Origin: the human T2T-CHM13v2.0 reference genome, Homo sapiens
Direction: 5' to 3' (one strand)
DNA length: 64,000 nucleotides
Assembly (NCBI RefSeq): GCF_009914755.1
Contig: NC_060934.1
Part shown: positions 47,118-64,000 of the stretch, in pieces
Layout: each line of letters opens with the position of its first letter
How positions within the stretch are numbered: position 1 is the stretch's first letter
Translations under genes and position numbers: made by a program
The notes under the pieces: model-generated
Told to the model about the DNA's origin: nothing
The model's input: only the letters and a program-made list of their open reading frames with translations
Databases searched by the model: none

Positions 47118-47312
47118 GTATCCCTCAAACTGTAGGTTAGATATCTAAAATGGATCACAAGGGGTGCTAGTTACAAATTCAGATTCTTGTCGTCACATCA
47201 GGGTTAAATTAGGGTTAAATTAGAATCTCCGACTGCACAGTCCAGAAATCAGCACTATTAACAAGTGCTTCAGATGATTCTTGGGCAAAATGAAATTTGG
47301 GAAGCAATGCTT
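47118..47312. mobile_element. MER5-like hAT remnant
   Basis: AAATTCAGATTCTTG..AGAATCTC..CCAGAAATC..TAACAAG..AGATGATTCT..AAATTTGGGAAGCA. Confidence 0.6.
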
Positions 47313-47751
47313 CAGCCAAAAGAAAATCGTCACAGCTAAATGGGTACTTCACTCTATAAACTGGCTTTCTGCTTTCATCCAACTCTAGCCAAAGGGAGTT
47401 TTAGTTTGTATTGTGTGTTTTTTTCTGTTTTGGACTATACTATGAGGTGGTTATTAGACATGTACAGGAGCACCTGTGTACTTTTTTCCTTATGGTTTGT
47501 AGATCCTCTGAAAGAAATCTATATCCAAAAAGTGTATTAATGACATACATTTTTTTCCCAAATATCTGATGGATGGAAATGCTGAAGTATGGAAAAACGA
47601 ATTCTTGGCCAGGAAATGAGGAAAAATGAATTCTTGTACTTAACTAGTGAGAGTGTTCATTGGTGTAACCACCAGGGACAGAAATTTGGCAGTAGATAGA
47701 AAAATTGTTAATGTGTCCCCTATGCCTTGGAAATTCTATGACTAGGTACAT

Positions 47752-48067
<316 letters not shown>

Positions 48068-48302
48068 TAGATTCTTGTTAATATAACAATAGCTCATTTT
48101 GAGTGAGGCACAGTTTTGGTGCTTTATGTGTAGCTCCCTTAATAATTACAACAGATAGGTATTATTGTTGCTGAGCTGCTGCAATGTTGAGCTGCTTGCT
48201 AAAGCCCCATGGCTGGAATGTGGTGAGTCAAGACCAAACACTCGCAGCCCGATGCCAGAGCCCATATTCTTAACCTTCAGTTTAGACTGCCTTCTATGGT
48301 CC

Positions 48303-48678
48303 TGTTGCGTACTGAATTGTGTCCTTCAAGATTCCTATATTGAAGTCCTAACCCCCAGTATGTCCATATTTGGAAATAGGACCTTTAAAGAGAAAAGTTA
48401 AGATTAAATGAGGTCATAACAGTAGGCTATAATGCAATAGGACTGGTGTATTTATAAGAAAAGGAAGAGACATCAGGGATGCTTGTGCACAGGGGAAGGG
48501 TTTTGTGAGGATACAATGAGAAAATAGCCTTCTACAAGTCAAGGAGAGAGGTCTCAGGAGAAATACAACCCACTGACACCTTGATCTTCGACTTCCAGCC
48601 TCTAGAACAGTTATTCAAGCCATGCAGTTCATGGTATTTTGTAATGGCAAAATATTTTGTAATTAACAAACCAATATG
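48303..48678 (+). mobile_element. MLT1B/C-like MaLR LTR
   Basis: TGTTGCGTACTGAATTGTGTCC, GAAGTCCTAACCCCCAGTA, ATTTGGAAATAGG, CTTGATCTTCGACTTCCAGCCTCTAGAAC. Confidence 0.88.
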
Positions 48679-49819
48679 GGTACTTACAGAGATACAAAGG
48701 ATTATACTGTGAGTTAGAGTGAACTCTTAGAAACAAATTCAAGAGCCATCAATAGGAGAATGAATAAATCAAATGTGGTATACTGATATGATAAAACCCT
48801 GTAAGGATATTAAACAGAAAAGGCTTGATCTTTATGCATTCATATGGATAGATCTCAAAAACCATGTTGAGTGACATAAAGTTAAAGAACGATACATTGC
48901 AAAGTATGAAATCACTTATATGAACTTAAAATACATATGAATACAACATATATATAAATTCATATAAATATATGATGTGGTTTTTCCACTGTTCTGTGGG
49001 ATTGCTTCTGGAGACAGAAAGAAAGGTATCTGTGCATGGGAAAGAAATGGGAATTTGAGCTTACCTGGAATATTAAAATTAATATTAAAAGGACTTTAAA
49101 TGTATATAAAATGCTAATACTGTCATTTTGGGTGGTAGATATATAAGCATTCATTAATTTTTCTTTGAGCTCCTTTTTAAAATTTCTCAACATCAAGATA
49201 TTCTTATAAAAAGAATATATTAATTGGTAGAAGACATGAGTAGTCCAAAAATTATTGAGACTGCATAAAGCATATAGATTTTTTTAATTTTCATCATACC
49301 ACAAGTGATTTAAACAAATTTATAAAATAATGTCCTGGCCAATAAAACTTTAGGAGCATTCTGGTTATCAGAGATTTTTCATCTTGTTTTTATTCTGTTG
49401 TTGATATTCATATATCTAAATCAACTTTCTTGAGAACCACTTGAGTCTTACAGATTTCTAATGGTAATCCTGAAACTTTTGCCATGATAGCATACTTGTT
49501 AATTAAGTAGAAAATGAGGAAAGGCTGCCATGAAATAAAACATTTATTTTTGCACTGTTTGATGATTTACAGAAAGTGTGATAACTGTGTTTAGGGTCTT
49601 TTTTCATATTAATTTTCCCCCCACTCATCCAATACATAGGAGAAACACAAGAGTCTGGAAGCCACCATCTTCAATAGCACGACTTATATACAATACATAT
49701 TTTCCTTAAGTTGGAAAAAACAATGTTTTCACAGCCAAATATTACTGGGATTTGTGTACTCCTAAGCTTCTCCCCTAGTGGAAAGGATTATTTCTTCCCT
49801 TGCAGCTTAGAAGAAAGAG

Positions 49820-51700
49820 TGGGCTTGGGAGTTAGACAGGCTTGCTTCAATTTCCTCACAAACTACATGACTTTGGGCAAGTAACTTCATCTCTCCGTGC
49901 CTTAATTTTTTGCTCTAAAGTATATGAATAGTTATAATTATAATTCATATAAAAGCCATGTCATGTAGGGAGAAAGAAAGCAAATTCCTGAGCAGACTCC
50001 TGGGTTTGACGTTGGATGCACAGCTTGACAGTTGAGGACATCATTCATTATCTTCATTCTTGGCTATGCCTAGTCTATAAGAAAAACATTATGGGCAGTA
50101 CCTACCTTGTACATTGTTGTGGTATTCAATGGGTAAACATACATGAGGTACTCAGAATCATACCTGGTACATTCTTACTCTTTACTATGTGTTTGCTACT
50201 ATAATCATTTTAACACAGTTATTGTAGGATTAGAACTAATACGAGGAAAATGTGGGATACTTAAAAAGGGTTTTATAAACAACCACTATTCAGCCCCAGC
50301 AAAACTTGACAATTTGTATGAGAAAGATAGATGGAGTGAGAAGCTGGCTGTAAAATAAATACAAACAGTCATGAATCAAAAATGTCAATGATTCTCTTTC
50401 CCAGCCTTTAAACAATGTCCTCATCTTTTAACCAGGCTTCTCTGGATGGGTGGTATTAACTCCTCACGTTGCCAAATTTACCTTTAAAACACAGAAATGA
50501 TGTCAGCCTCTGTAAAAAGATATTCAAAACCTCCAAATGAGAATGTAATAATTCAAACTCTCCATGTTCAACCCTTCTGGGGATTAGGGTTGAGATGTTG
50601 CAACTTACTGAAAGTGGATGAGTCTCTTTGAGAAGCAGTGATGTACAATGCCCTTGTGGCCTGGCAGAGTTAATGCAGCTTTCAGCAGCCCCTAATTATC
50701 TCCTAGAAGTAGTCTGAGCTCTGAGATAACCGGACTTACTGCAAACACACAAAGAGATAAGGGCACTAATAGCCCCCACAGGGCATTTTGGCTTCTTGTT
50801 GGCGTGGCTAAAGTATATGCTAGACCTCACTCCATGTTCATCATGTGCCCTGCTTATTCAAAATTCCATTCCCAGGTTTAAAGGCATAGATCAATGGGAG
50901 ATTAAAAGAAATCCAGATAGAAACACAGTTGGCGATTTCAATTTCAAATGAAAATTAATTTACCCTCTTTCACTCCAGCCAGGTGTACAGACATTCTGCT
51001 CGGAACTTAAAAATGACACAGTAAAAATGTGGAAGCCCAACTATTATCACATAAGGAGAACAGCAAGGTGGTGGAAAAATAGACCCTGTAGCCAAACTAT
51101 TTGAATCACAGTTTTGAGTCCCTGCTGCGTGTCTGTGGGTAATTTACACAACTTCTCAGTCCTCAGTTTATTCATCATGAATACGTGGGTAGCAAAAGTA
51201 AATTACTCATGGACTTCTCAGGAGTTAAAACAAAGTGCTCAGAACGGTGCCTGGCATGTAGTCAGCTCTATGTATATGTTAGCTTTTCTTATAATGTAGC
51301 CGTATCTGAAACACAAACATGGCATTTTGTTGCTGAATCATGTACTTGCCGGCCCCATGTGTTGCATACCTATTAGACCTGTGCTGTCCAATACGGTAGG
51401 CACTAGCCACATGAGTTCATGGGCACTTGCAATGTGGCTAGTCTGGACTGAGATGAGCTGCAAGTGCGAAGCACACACAGGCTTTCAAAAACAGTACCAC
51501 AAAAAAAAAATGAATGTAAGATATCACTCACTAGCAATGGAAACCTGGGAAAGTCACTTCACCTCTCTGACCCTCACGTTTCTCATCTGTAAACAAAGAT
51601 GGATCTATAACATCCATCTTCTATGGTAATTATGGAGAAAAATGACATATCACACGTAAAGAATACCAGCAAGTGGCCAGGCATATATTAGGCTGGTAAA
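49820..51700. mobile_element. Scattered MIR remnants (49820-49920, 49990-50180, 51060-51290, 51530-51700) and a MER3-like fragment (51377-51500)
   Basis: GACTTTGGGCAAGTAACTT, CTCAGAACGGTGCCTGGCATGTAG, TTTCTCATCTGTAAA; GTGCTGTCCAATACGGTAG.CACTAGCCACATG. Confidence 0.7.
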
Positions 51701-52094
51701 TTGTGAATAGCCATTTTCTAAAAATTCTTACCATTCTGACATTAAGAGGTGACATTATTAAAAATGGAATATCTGCTCTGCCTCTCCAGCAAGGCACAAT
51801 GTGGAAACCCCTTTCGGGTAGGCATGAGTAACTGATGTTACTCTAGAATAAGATGACTTCAGAAAATCATATCATCCTGAATTCTGACACATTTATATTA
51901 AAAAAATAGGATGAAAGTAGATTAATTCATAAGATACTTAATAGTTTGTTTCATTTTAGGGTATGTCAAGATTCCATACCTCAAGAGCTATCATTTAGGA
52001 CTAACCCAGAGAGGTGAGGATGACCTTGAGCACAGAGTGTAGAAATTATATAATGATTTATAAATATTTTTTCAACTCTTCCAAATTAAAAAGG

Positions 52095-52955
52095 GAGACT
52101 TCCTAGACTTCTCATTTTCAGTTCAACATGTAAGGAGCTTGGAAATCATGTTTCATCCTCACAACAAGAAACAACCTAAACAAAGTGAAAATCAACAAGC
52201 CTTTTTACATCTAACAGAGAATTGAGGTCACAAGGAAAACCACTGTACCAAAAGTTAAAGAGACAGGCAAATACAGAGAATCACAACTTCCTGAAACACA
52301 AGCCCAGGAGAAGAAAACACCACTGCAACCAGCAGTAAGGGGAAAACAACTGAAAGAGCTGCATGGCGCAGACCTTATTTAAGAAGAACTCTCTAGGGAA
52401 ACCCAAAGACAACACAGGAGACAAAAAAAAAAAAAAAAGACATCTGAACAAATTTTAGTCTCTAATCCTTACGGCTAAAGCAAACAGTAAAGATAGCCTA
52501 ACCCTTAGCTTAATAATATAAAATCTCATGTTAAAGGTCCATTTGCCTCAGTTCCTTTTACTCAGTACATCACATTCAGCTTTCAACAAAAAAAATTACA
52601 AGGCATACTAAAAGACAAAAAAACAGTTTGAAGAAAGACAGCAAGCAGTAGGACAAGACTCAGATATGGAGGAGATGTTGAAATCATCAGACTGGAAATT
52701 TAAAACAACTATGACTAATATGCTAAAAGCTCTAATGGAAAAAGTACACAACATGCAAGAACAGATGAGTAATATAAGTAGAGACACAGAAATTCCAAGA
52801 ACAGATGAGTAACATAAGCAGAGACATAGGAACTCTAAGAAAGAACTGAAAGGAAATGCAAGAAATCAAAAACATTGTACAGAAATGACAAATATCTTTG
52901 AGGGGCTCATTAATAGATTGAACACGGCCAAGGAAAGTCAGTGAGCTTGAAGAAA
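52095..52955 (+). mobile_element. Old L1M 5'/ORF1-region fragment
   Basis: AAATTACAAGGCATACTAAAAGAC, TTTAAAACAACTATGACTAATATGCTAA, GGGCTCATTAATAGATTGAACACGGC. Confidence 0.8.
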
Positions 52956-53913
52956 AAGAAGTGTTTTTAAAAGAAACTATACTTATTATAAAAGCAATAA
53001 ATGCTGAAATCCAACATTGAGATTTGCAGAGGATTATACCTGAGAAAAGATGTTTGATATTATATCAATTTGTTGAACATGAGATATGTTTTGGCATGAT
53101 TTCTATTTAAATTTCATAGACTTATTAAAGCTATATTTTTAAGTTTTATGGAGTAAGCACTGTCAAAATGGAATGTTTATGACAAACATTTAATGACAAA
53201 CACATAATGTTTGTTAACTGATGAAATGATATATGTTAGATGATGAAATAATTTTTAGAGAATGCATTTGTTGGAATGGTTTTTATTAATGTGTCACCTG
53301 CCTTTTATTTATTTAAGATAAAACACCTGTCTTTCTCATTCCCACTTTAATGTATTGCACTTAAACTAACTAGTGCTCTCAAGAAAGCTACTTCCAGTAA
53401 AATTTTATGATATCCAATTCCTGGGTTTAATGACTCATAGTTAAATGCTGCATTTACCTGTTTGGAATTTATTTCTAAACTACTTTCACCATCTTTCTCT
53501 TCATTCTCTATACCAGTCTTATGTTGCCAGTATACATGCTACTGCATTTATATTTGGAGAAATTATAAACTTAGAGAAATTGTCTTGGGAAACTTACAGA
53601 TAAGACAGTGGTTACTTGGAAAACTCTAAACAGATAATTAAAATTAGAGTTGAAGTTACAGGACTCTCTTATAGGAATTTCTTTTTTATTTTATTTTATT
53701 TTATTATTATTATACTTTAAGTTTTAGGGTACATGTGCACAATGTGCAGGTTTGTTACATATGTATACATGTGCCATGTTGGTGTGCTGTATCCATTAAC
53801 TCTTCATTTAGCATTAGGTATATCTCCTAATGCTATCCCTCCCCCCTCCCCCCACACCACAACAGTCCCCGGAGTGTGATGTTCCCCTTCCTGTGTCCAT
53901 GTGTTCTCATTGT

Positions 53914-57736
<3,823 letters not shown>

Positions 57737-57799
57737 TATGATGGTAGCTGGTTATTTTGCTCGTTAGTTGATGCAGTTTCTTCCTAGCCTTGATGGTCT

Positions 57800-58816
57800 T
57801 TACATTTTGACATGTTTTTGCAGTGGCTGGTACCAGTTATTCCTTTCCATGTTTAGTGCTTCCTTCAGGAGCTCTTTTAGGGCAGGCCTGGTGGTGACAA
57901 AATGTCTCAGCATTTGCTTGTATGTAAAGTATTTTATTTCTCCTTCACTTATGAAGCTTAGTTTGGCTGGATATGAAATGCTGGGTTGAAAATTATTTTC
58001 TTTAAGAATGTTGAATATTGGCCCCCACTCTCTTCTGGCTTGTAGAGTTTCTGCTGAGAGATCCGCTGGTAGTCTGATGGGCTTCCCTTTGTGGGTAACC
58101 CGACCTTTCTCTCTGGCTGCCCTTAACTTTTTTTCCTTCATTTCAACTTTGGTGAACCTGACAATTATGTGTCTTGGAGTTGCTCTTCTAGAGTAGTATA
58201 TTTGTGGCATTCTCTGTATTTCCTGAATCTGAATGTTTGCCTGTCTTGCTAGATTGGGGAAGTTCTCCTGGACGATATCCTGCAGAGTGTTTTCCAACTT
58301 GGTTCCATTCTCCCTGTCACTTTCAGGTACACAAATCAGACGTAGATTTGGTCTTTTCACATAGTCCCATGTTTCTTGGAGGCTTTGTTCGTTTCTTTTT
58401 ATTCTTTTCTCTCTAAACTTCCCTTCTCACTTCATTGCATTCATTTCATCTTGCATTGCTGATACCCTTTCTTCCAGTTGATCGCATCGGCTCCTGAGGC
58501 TTCTGCATTCTTCACGTTGTTCTCGAGCCTTGGCTTTCAGCTCCATCAGCTCCTTTAAGGACTTCTCTGCATTGGTTATTCTAGGTATCCACTCGTCTAA
58601 TTTTTTTTCAAGGTTTTTAACTTCTTTGCCATTGGTTTGAATTTCCTCCTATAGCTTGGAGTAGTTTTATCGTCTGAAGCCTTCTTCTCTCAACTCATCA
58701 AAGTCATTCCCCGTCCAGCTTTGTTCTGTTGCTGGTGAGGAGCTGCGTTCCTTTGGAGGAGGAGAGGCCCTCTGCTTTTTAGAGTTTCCAGTTTTTCTGC
58801 TCTGTTTTTTCCCCAT
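57800..58816 (-). pseudogene. L1 ORF1p, disrupted
   Basis: ATG at 58816; C-terminal ...KRPNLRLICVPE...LLKEALNMERNNWYQPLQKHVKM. Confidence 0.93.
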
Positions 58817-60059
58817 CTTTGTGGTTTTATCTACTTTTGGTCTTTGGTGATGGTGACGTATAGATGGTTTTTTGGTGTGGATGTCCTTTCTATTTGTTAG
58901 TTTTCCTTCTAACAGACAGGACCCTCAGCTGCAGGTCTGTTGGAGTTTTCTAGAGGTCCACTCCAGACCCTGTTTGCCTGGGTATCAGCAGCAGTGGCTG
59001 CAGAGCAGTGGTGGCTCAGATGGAAATGCAGAAATCACCCGTCTTCTTCGTCACTCACGCTGGGAGCTGTAGACTGGAGCTGTTCCTGTTCAGCCATCTT
59101 GGCTCCACCCACCAAGAATTTCAAAGAAAAATCTTTGTAGGCAATTTAAATATCTTGAAAGCTCAAGATAAAATGCATGGAGAGGTGTTTAGTATTCTTG
59201 ATAGGCATGGTGTGCATGCTGTCTGGAATAGAGAAAACTCGAATGACTGAATTATTTAATTATTTGCAACACATAGTGTTATTACTATTGATATTTAAAT
59301 GCAATACAAATGCTTCTTGATCGTTTGTTAATTTTCTTTAGTTTAGATCTTCCTGTTATTTCACTTCTCCTTGGCCCCTGGAAAAGACAAAATACTGAAA
59401 TTTTACTGAGTTTTTACATGTGCTTTTTCCAGTTTGTTCTTAGGGAGTATCAGAGCAGCCCAGCACTGCAAGAATCTCTGCATGATTTTTTTTAGAAAAT
59501 AAAATGAATGGGTGTTTTACTAGAGTGAGTATTAAGAACTCACAATATATGCAATATTCAATGCCTTTCTGCTTGTAAACCTCTCCAAGAGCCTCCTTGA
59601 CAGATTTCCTCTCCCTCTGTCTTCTCTGCATCAGTGTTAAAACTGTCCCATATCTACCGGATGCCTCACTATTCCCTGATCATTCAGGAGCTGGATCTCC
59701 ACTTTCGTCTGCCCCGCAACACAGACCCAGTGTTTTGGGCATAGTACATACTCAGTAATCATTTATAGTATTAAACTGGAGAGGAGACACCAAAATCATT
59801 TGACTCTCCCTAAGAGGTTTGTATAGTGACCTTTCCATACCATCGTCTTTCTTCTAGTAACAGAATTAGAGGCTACACTTTCCTCTACAAACTTTCCTGC
59901 TTCCCTAGCTTGCAAACTGGGTAGGACTGTCACTCCTAATGTTTTTGTCTCCCCTGGCCAAGGTATGGACACACAACCCAAGCTAGGTCAATAAAATTGC
60001 ACTTTCCAGGGATGTTTATCTGAGCTAAGCTACAGAAAAATTGAAAACAAGTGGTCTAC

Positions 60060-60800
<741 letters not shown>

Positions 60801-61858
60801 ACTAAATCCCTGGAATTGCCCTGATTCCTGTCCTTTCTGAAATCCCATTTGTTGTTGAGCTTTTCCCTTTTGTTTTTCCAGCACATTTCCTTTCTCTTAC
60901 TCTTGGTTTTCTTGCATTTAAGTTAAAGAGTTTAAGTTTCTGATACTTATAGTTAAAGAACCCCACTGACAGGATCCAAATGTAAAAGCACACTTAACAT
61001 GGCTCCTGGAAAAGCATCTCACAGCGTTTCTGACACATAAGTAGGGCACACAATTTGTATGAGTTCCCCATCCCATTCTTTTTTTGTACTCTCTTCTAGC
61101 TAACCTCAGGGATAGCTTGCAGCAGGCTAGAAAATATGTCAGACAGGACTAGATGCATGCACTCAGTGCTAAACAAATATTAGTTAAACATTCTATTCGA
61201 ATTGAAAAGAACCACAGCCCACTGCCCTGGCCTCTAGAAAAACTATTCCCCTGGCACAACAATTGGGACATGGCAGGTGGCTTGGAACTGCCATCTCTCA
61301 ACTGGCATTTGGGCAGATATAGGCAGGAATACTGCTTTTATTTTTTTAAAAAAATAACCTCCTCGCTTCATTTATTTAAACCATAAACCATAAAACTGAT
61401 GATAAAACAAACTGCCAATTAAGCCATAAACCTCTGTGTGCACCTGAGCCAGTCACTATAGGAGGAAGCAAAGATGTGAGAGAAGGAATGAATCCAAGTG
61501 TGAGAAGTGACCACAGCCAAGTAGGTCTCTGCTCATCACACAGATATCACCAGCAAGAAGCACTCGCTGAGGGACTGCAACATGAAGAGCAGGATGTTGG
61601 GATCTCCGGGAAATTCAAGAGTCTCCATCTTCCAGGAGCTTCTCAGATTGTAGGAGACACAGACAAGTAATCAACTCATTGAACATCCAAGTAAACGGCT
61701 GGAGTATTAATAGAAGCAGGTTCAAACTGCCAGGAGGCAGCAGTGCCAGCTGATTCATGTGCATGCCCATTAGTGCACTCATCTATTCGGCACTGATTGC
61801 CTGCCTAATAAGCTTCATTCTGTGTGCAAGATCCTGTCAGTGTGAATCTCATACACCC

Positions 61859-62221
61859 TGATATGGTTTGGCTGTGTCCCCATCAAAATCTCATCTTGAA
61901 TTGTAGCTCCCATAATTCCCATGTGTCATGGGAGGGACCTGGTGGGAGGTAATTGAATAATGGGGGCACGTCTCCATGTGCTGTTGTCATGATAGTGAAT
62001 AAGTCTCATGAGATATGATGGTTTTATAAAGGGGAGTTCCCCTGCACACGCTCTCTTGCCTGCCATCATGTAAGATGTGACTTTGCTTCTCATTCACCTT
62101 CCACCATGATTGTGAGGCCTCCCCAGCCACGTGGAACTGCAAGTCCATTAAACCTCTTTCCTTTATAAATTACCCAGCCCCAGGTATGTCTTTATTAGCA
62201 GCATGAGACCAGACTAATACT
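61859..62221 (+). mobile_element. THE1C/D-like solo LTR
   Basis: TGATATGGTTTGGCTGTGTCCCC start, CAGACTAATAC end. Confidence 0.94.
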
Positions 62222-62660
62222 CCCCCAATATTCCAATGGGGACATATATCTATACACGGATCTGTTACAAGAAGTCTGGAGGAAAGAATGATTTCATCTG
62301 GAAGAATTTAGAGAATGTTGCACATAATCACAGTAGTGAATGTTTGCTCCCCACTTTCCACGACCAGACCCTCCTTGAAGCCCATCATGCATTAGCTCAT
62401 TTATTAAGTATTTTATGGTTATACTATTATTCCCATTAAAGAGTGAGTGACAAATATTTTCCTCAAGTAGGGACATTTGCCCATAAAAATAATAGTTAAC
62501 ATCTTTTGAGGATTTTTTATGTATTGGAAATTATTCCACATGCTTTATATCTTCCAGCATGTTTATTAAAACTTCCACAATTATCCCCATTTTTGCACAC
62601 AGAAAGCTGAAGTCCGGAGAGGTCAAATCACCTGGACCAAAGTTTTTAAAAACTCATTTA

Positions 62661-62789
62661 CCCATTTATGTTGGAAGCTGCAAAATTTTGTTGTGAAAAA
62701 TCAGAACTTGGTGATGACCTTGAGCAGTAGGATATAATTAACTCTCCCAAGCTCAGCGTTCCAATAATGGAACACTAGGCATAAATGGA
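62661..62789. mobile_element. MER85 (PGBD3-derived piggyBac MITE) inserted in a MIR
   Basis: CCCATTTATG...CATAAATGGA TIRs, TTTA/TTAA target sites, internal GATGACCTTGAGCAGTAGGATATAA and palindrome GTTCCAATAATGGAAC. Confidence 0.93.
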
Positions 62790-62944
62790 TTAAGGGGCAG
62801 AAGTGGGATCTGAGTCCAGGTAGCCCAGGCTTTTAACCTCTACCTCTGCCTCCTCTGCTAGGTAAATAAGACATTTAAGTTGAGTCTTGGGGAAGGCATT
62901 TGCCTAATGGAAAAAAGGTGCAGGCATCCGAAGCAGAGGAGAGA

Positions 62945-63682
62945 TGTGTTCGTTGGTTAGGGCTGCCATAATACCTTGGTAATTTATTCTTTCATGGATC
63001 TGGAGACCAGAAGTCCAAGAACAAGGTGTTGGCAGGGGCGGTTCCTTCTGAAGGCTGAGGGAGATCCTGTTCAATGCTTTTCTCCTGGTTTCTGATGGCT
63101 CTTGGGAATCCTTGGTGTTCTTTGGGTTGTTAGGTGCATTACTCTAGTCTCTGCCTTTGTCTTCATGTGACCTTCTCCTTCTGGGCATCTCTATTTTCTG
63201 TCTTATTGGATACCTGTCATTGCGTTAAGAACCTACCTAATCAAGGGTGAAACTTGAGATCCTTAGTTTTTTGTTTTTTTTTTTTTAATTTTTGAGATGG
63301 TGTCTCACTGTGTTGCCTAGGCTGGAGGATAGTGGTGCAGTCAGCTCAATGCAACCTCCACCTCCCAGGTTTAAGCAATTCTTCTGCCTCAGCTTCCAGA
63401 GGAGCTGGGAATACAGGCACATGCCACCGTGCCCAGCCAATTTTTGTATTTTTAGTAGAGATGGGGTTTCATCATGTTGGTCAGGCTGGTCTCGAACTCC
63501 TGGCCTCAAGTGATACATCCACTGACCTTGGCCTCCCAAGGTGCTGGGATTACAGGTGTGATCTGCCACACCTGGTGAAGATCCTTAGCTTTATTACATC
63601 CAAAAGACCTTAATGCCAAATAAGTCCACATTCTGAGGTTCCTAGTGGAAATATATTTTGGGGGTCACAATTCAACCAACTA
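62945..63682 (-). mobile_element. MLT1-family MaLR LTR, split by an Alu
   Basis: TAGGGCTGCCATA, TCTGGAGACCAGAAGTCCAAG..CAAGGTGTTGGCAGGG, TTACATC..CAAAGACC, CACAATTCAACC. Confidence 0.85.
63267..63576 (-). mobile_element. AluS-like
   Basis: TSD AGATCCTTAG on both sides. Confidence 0.94.
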
Positions 63683-64000
63683 CAGAGGGCACATGCAAGG
63701 CGTGGTGCCACAACACAGTTGGAGGAGGTGAGCTGTTCACGTAAGCTGCGAGGTTTTGTGGTGCTGTGGCCAGGTGGAGATGAGGCTGGGAAAACACTTT
63801 AAGCAAACAAGTGGCATTATTTGATTCCCTTGGGGTTTTGTGACCATAGAAATTAAAAGGAGGATGGATTAGAATGAAGAAAAACTGATGGCCCAGGGAG
63901 TCAGTGGAGACAACACTGTGACATGGGAGAGACTTGGTCAAGGGTCATTGGCTTCAAGGCTGTTTCTGCTTGACAGAAGTAAGCAAAGCCCCATGGACAG

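Noticed and set aside
47200-47222. TTAGGG motif suggesting telomeric sequence
   Set aside because: A single hexamer produced by an 11-bp tandem duplication in a MER5-like remnant

Overview
AT-rich, repeat-dense primate (probably hominoid) intergenic or deep-intronic DNA. I could not identify any host protein-coding exon, RNA gene or CpG-island promoter; every long ORF belongs to decayed LINE-1 or Tigger1. The window holds three young minus-strand L1PA elements: a 5'UTR end at 1-468, a full-length copy at 17761-23921 and a near-full-length copy at 53682-59113. It also has about 14 Alus, old L1M/L2/MIR remnants, MaLR/ERVL/ERV1 solo LTRs and DNA transposons (Tigger1, MER1, MER30, MER3, MER5, piggyBac MER85). 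Highlights: (1) the L1 at 53682-59113 lacks a ~750-nt 5'UTR segment, joined exactly at the L1 splice donor and an acceptor inside the ZNF93-target segment, so it is a spliced, retrotransposed L1 (SpIRE). (2) The neighbouring L1 copies share many non-consensus substitutions despite different subfamily-diagnostic states. (3) A perfect 34-bp inverted repeat in unique DNA brackets an RFX-motif cluster that also has exon-like splice signals. (4) There are many short locally templated duplications or insertions, three of them inside one old L1M. All repeat-family and consensus comparisons are from memory and need RepeatMasker/Dfam confirmation.
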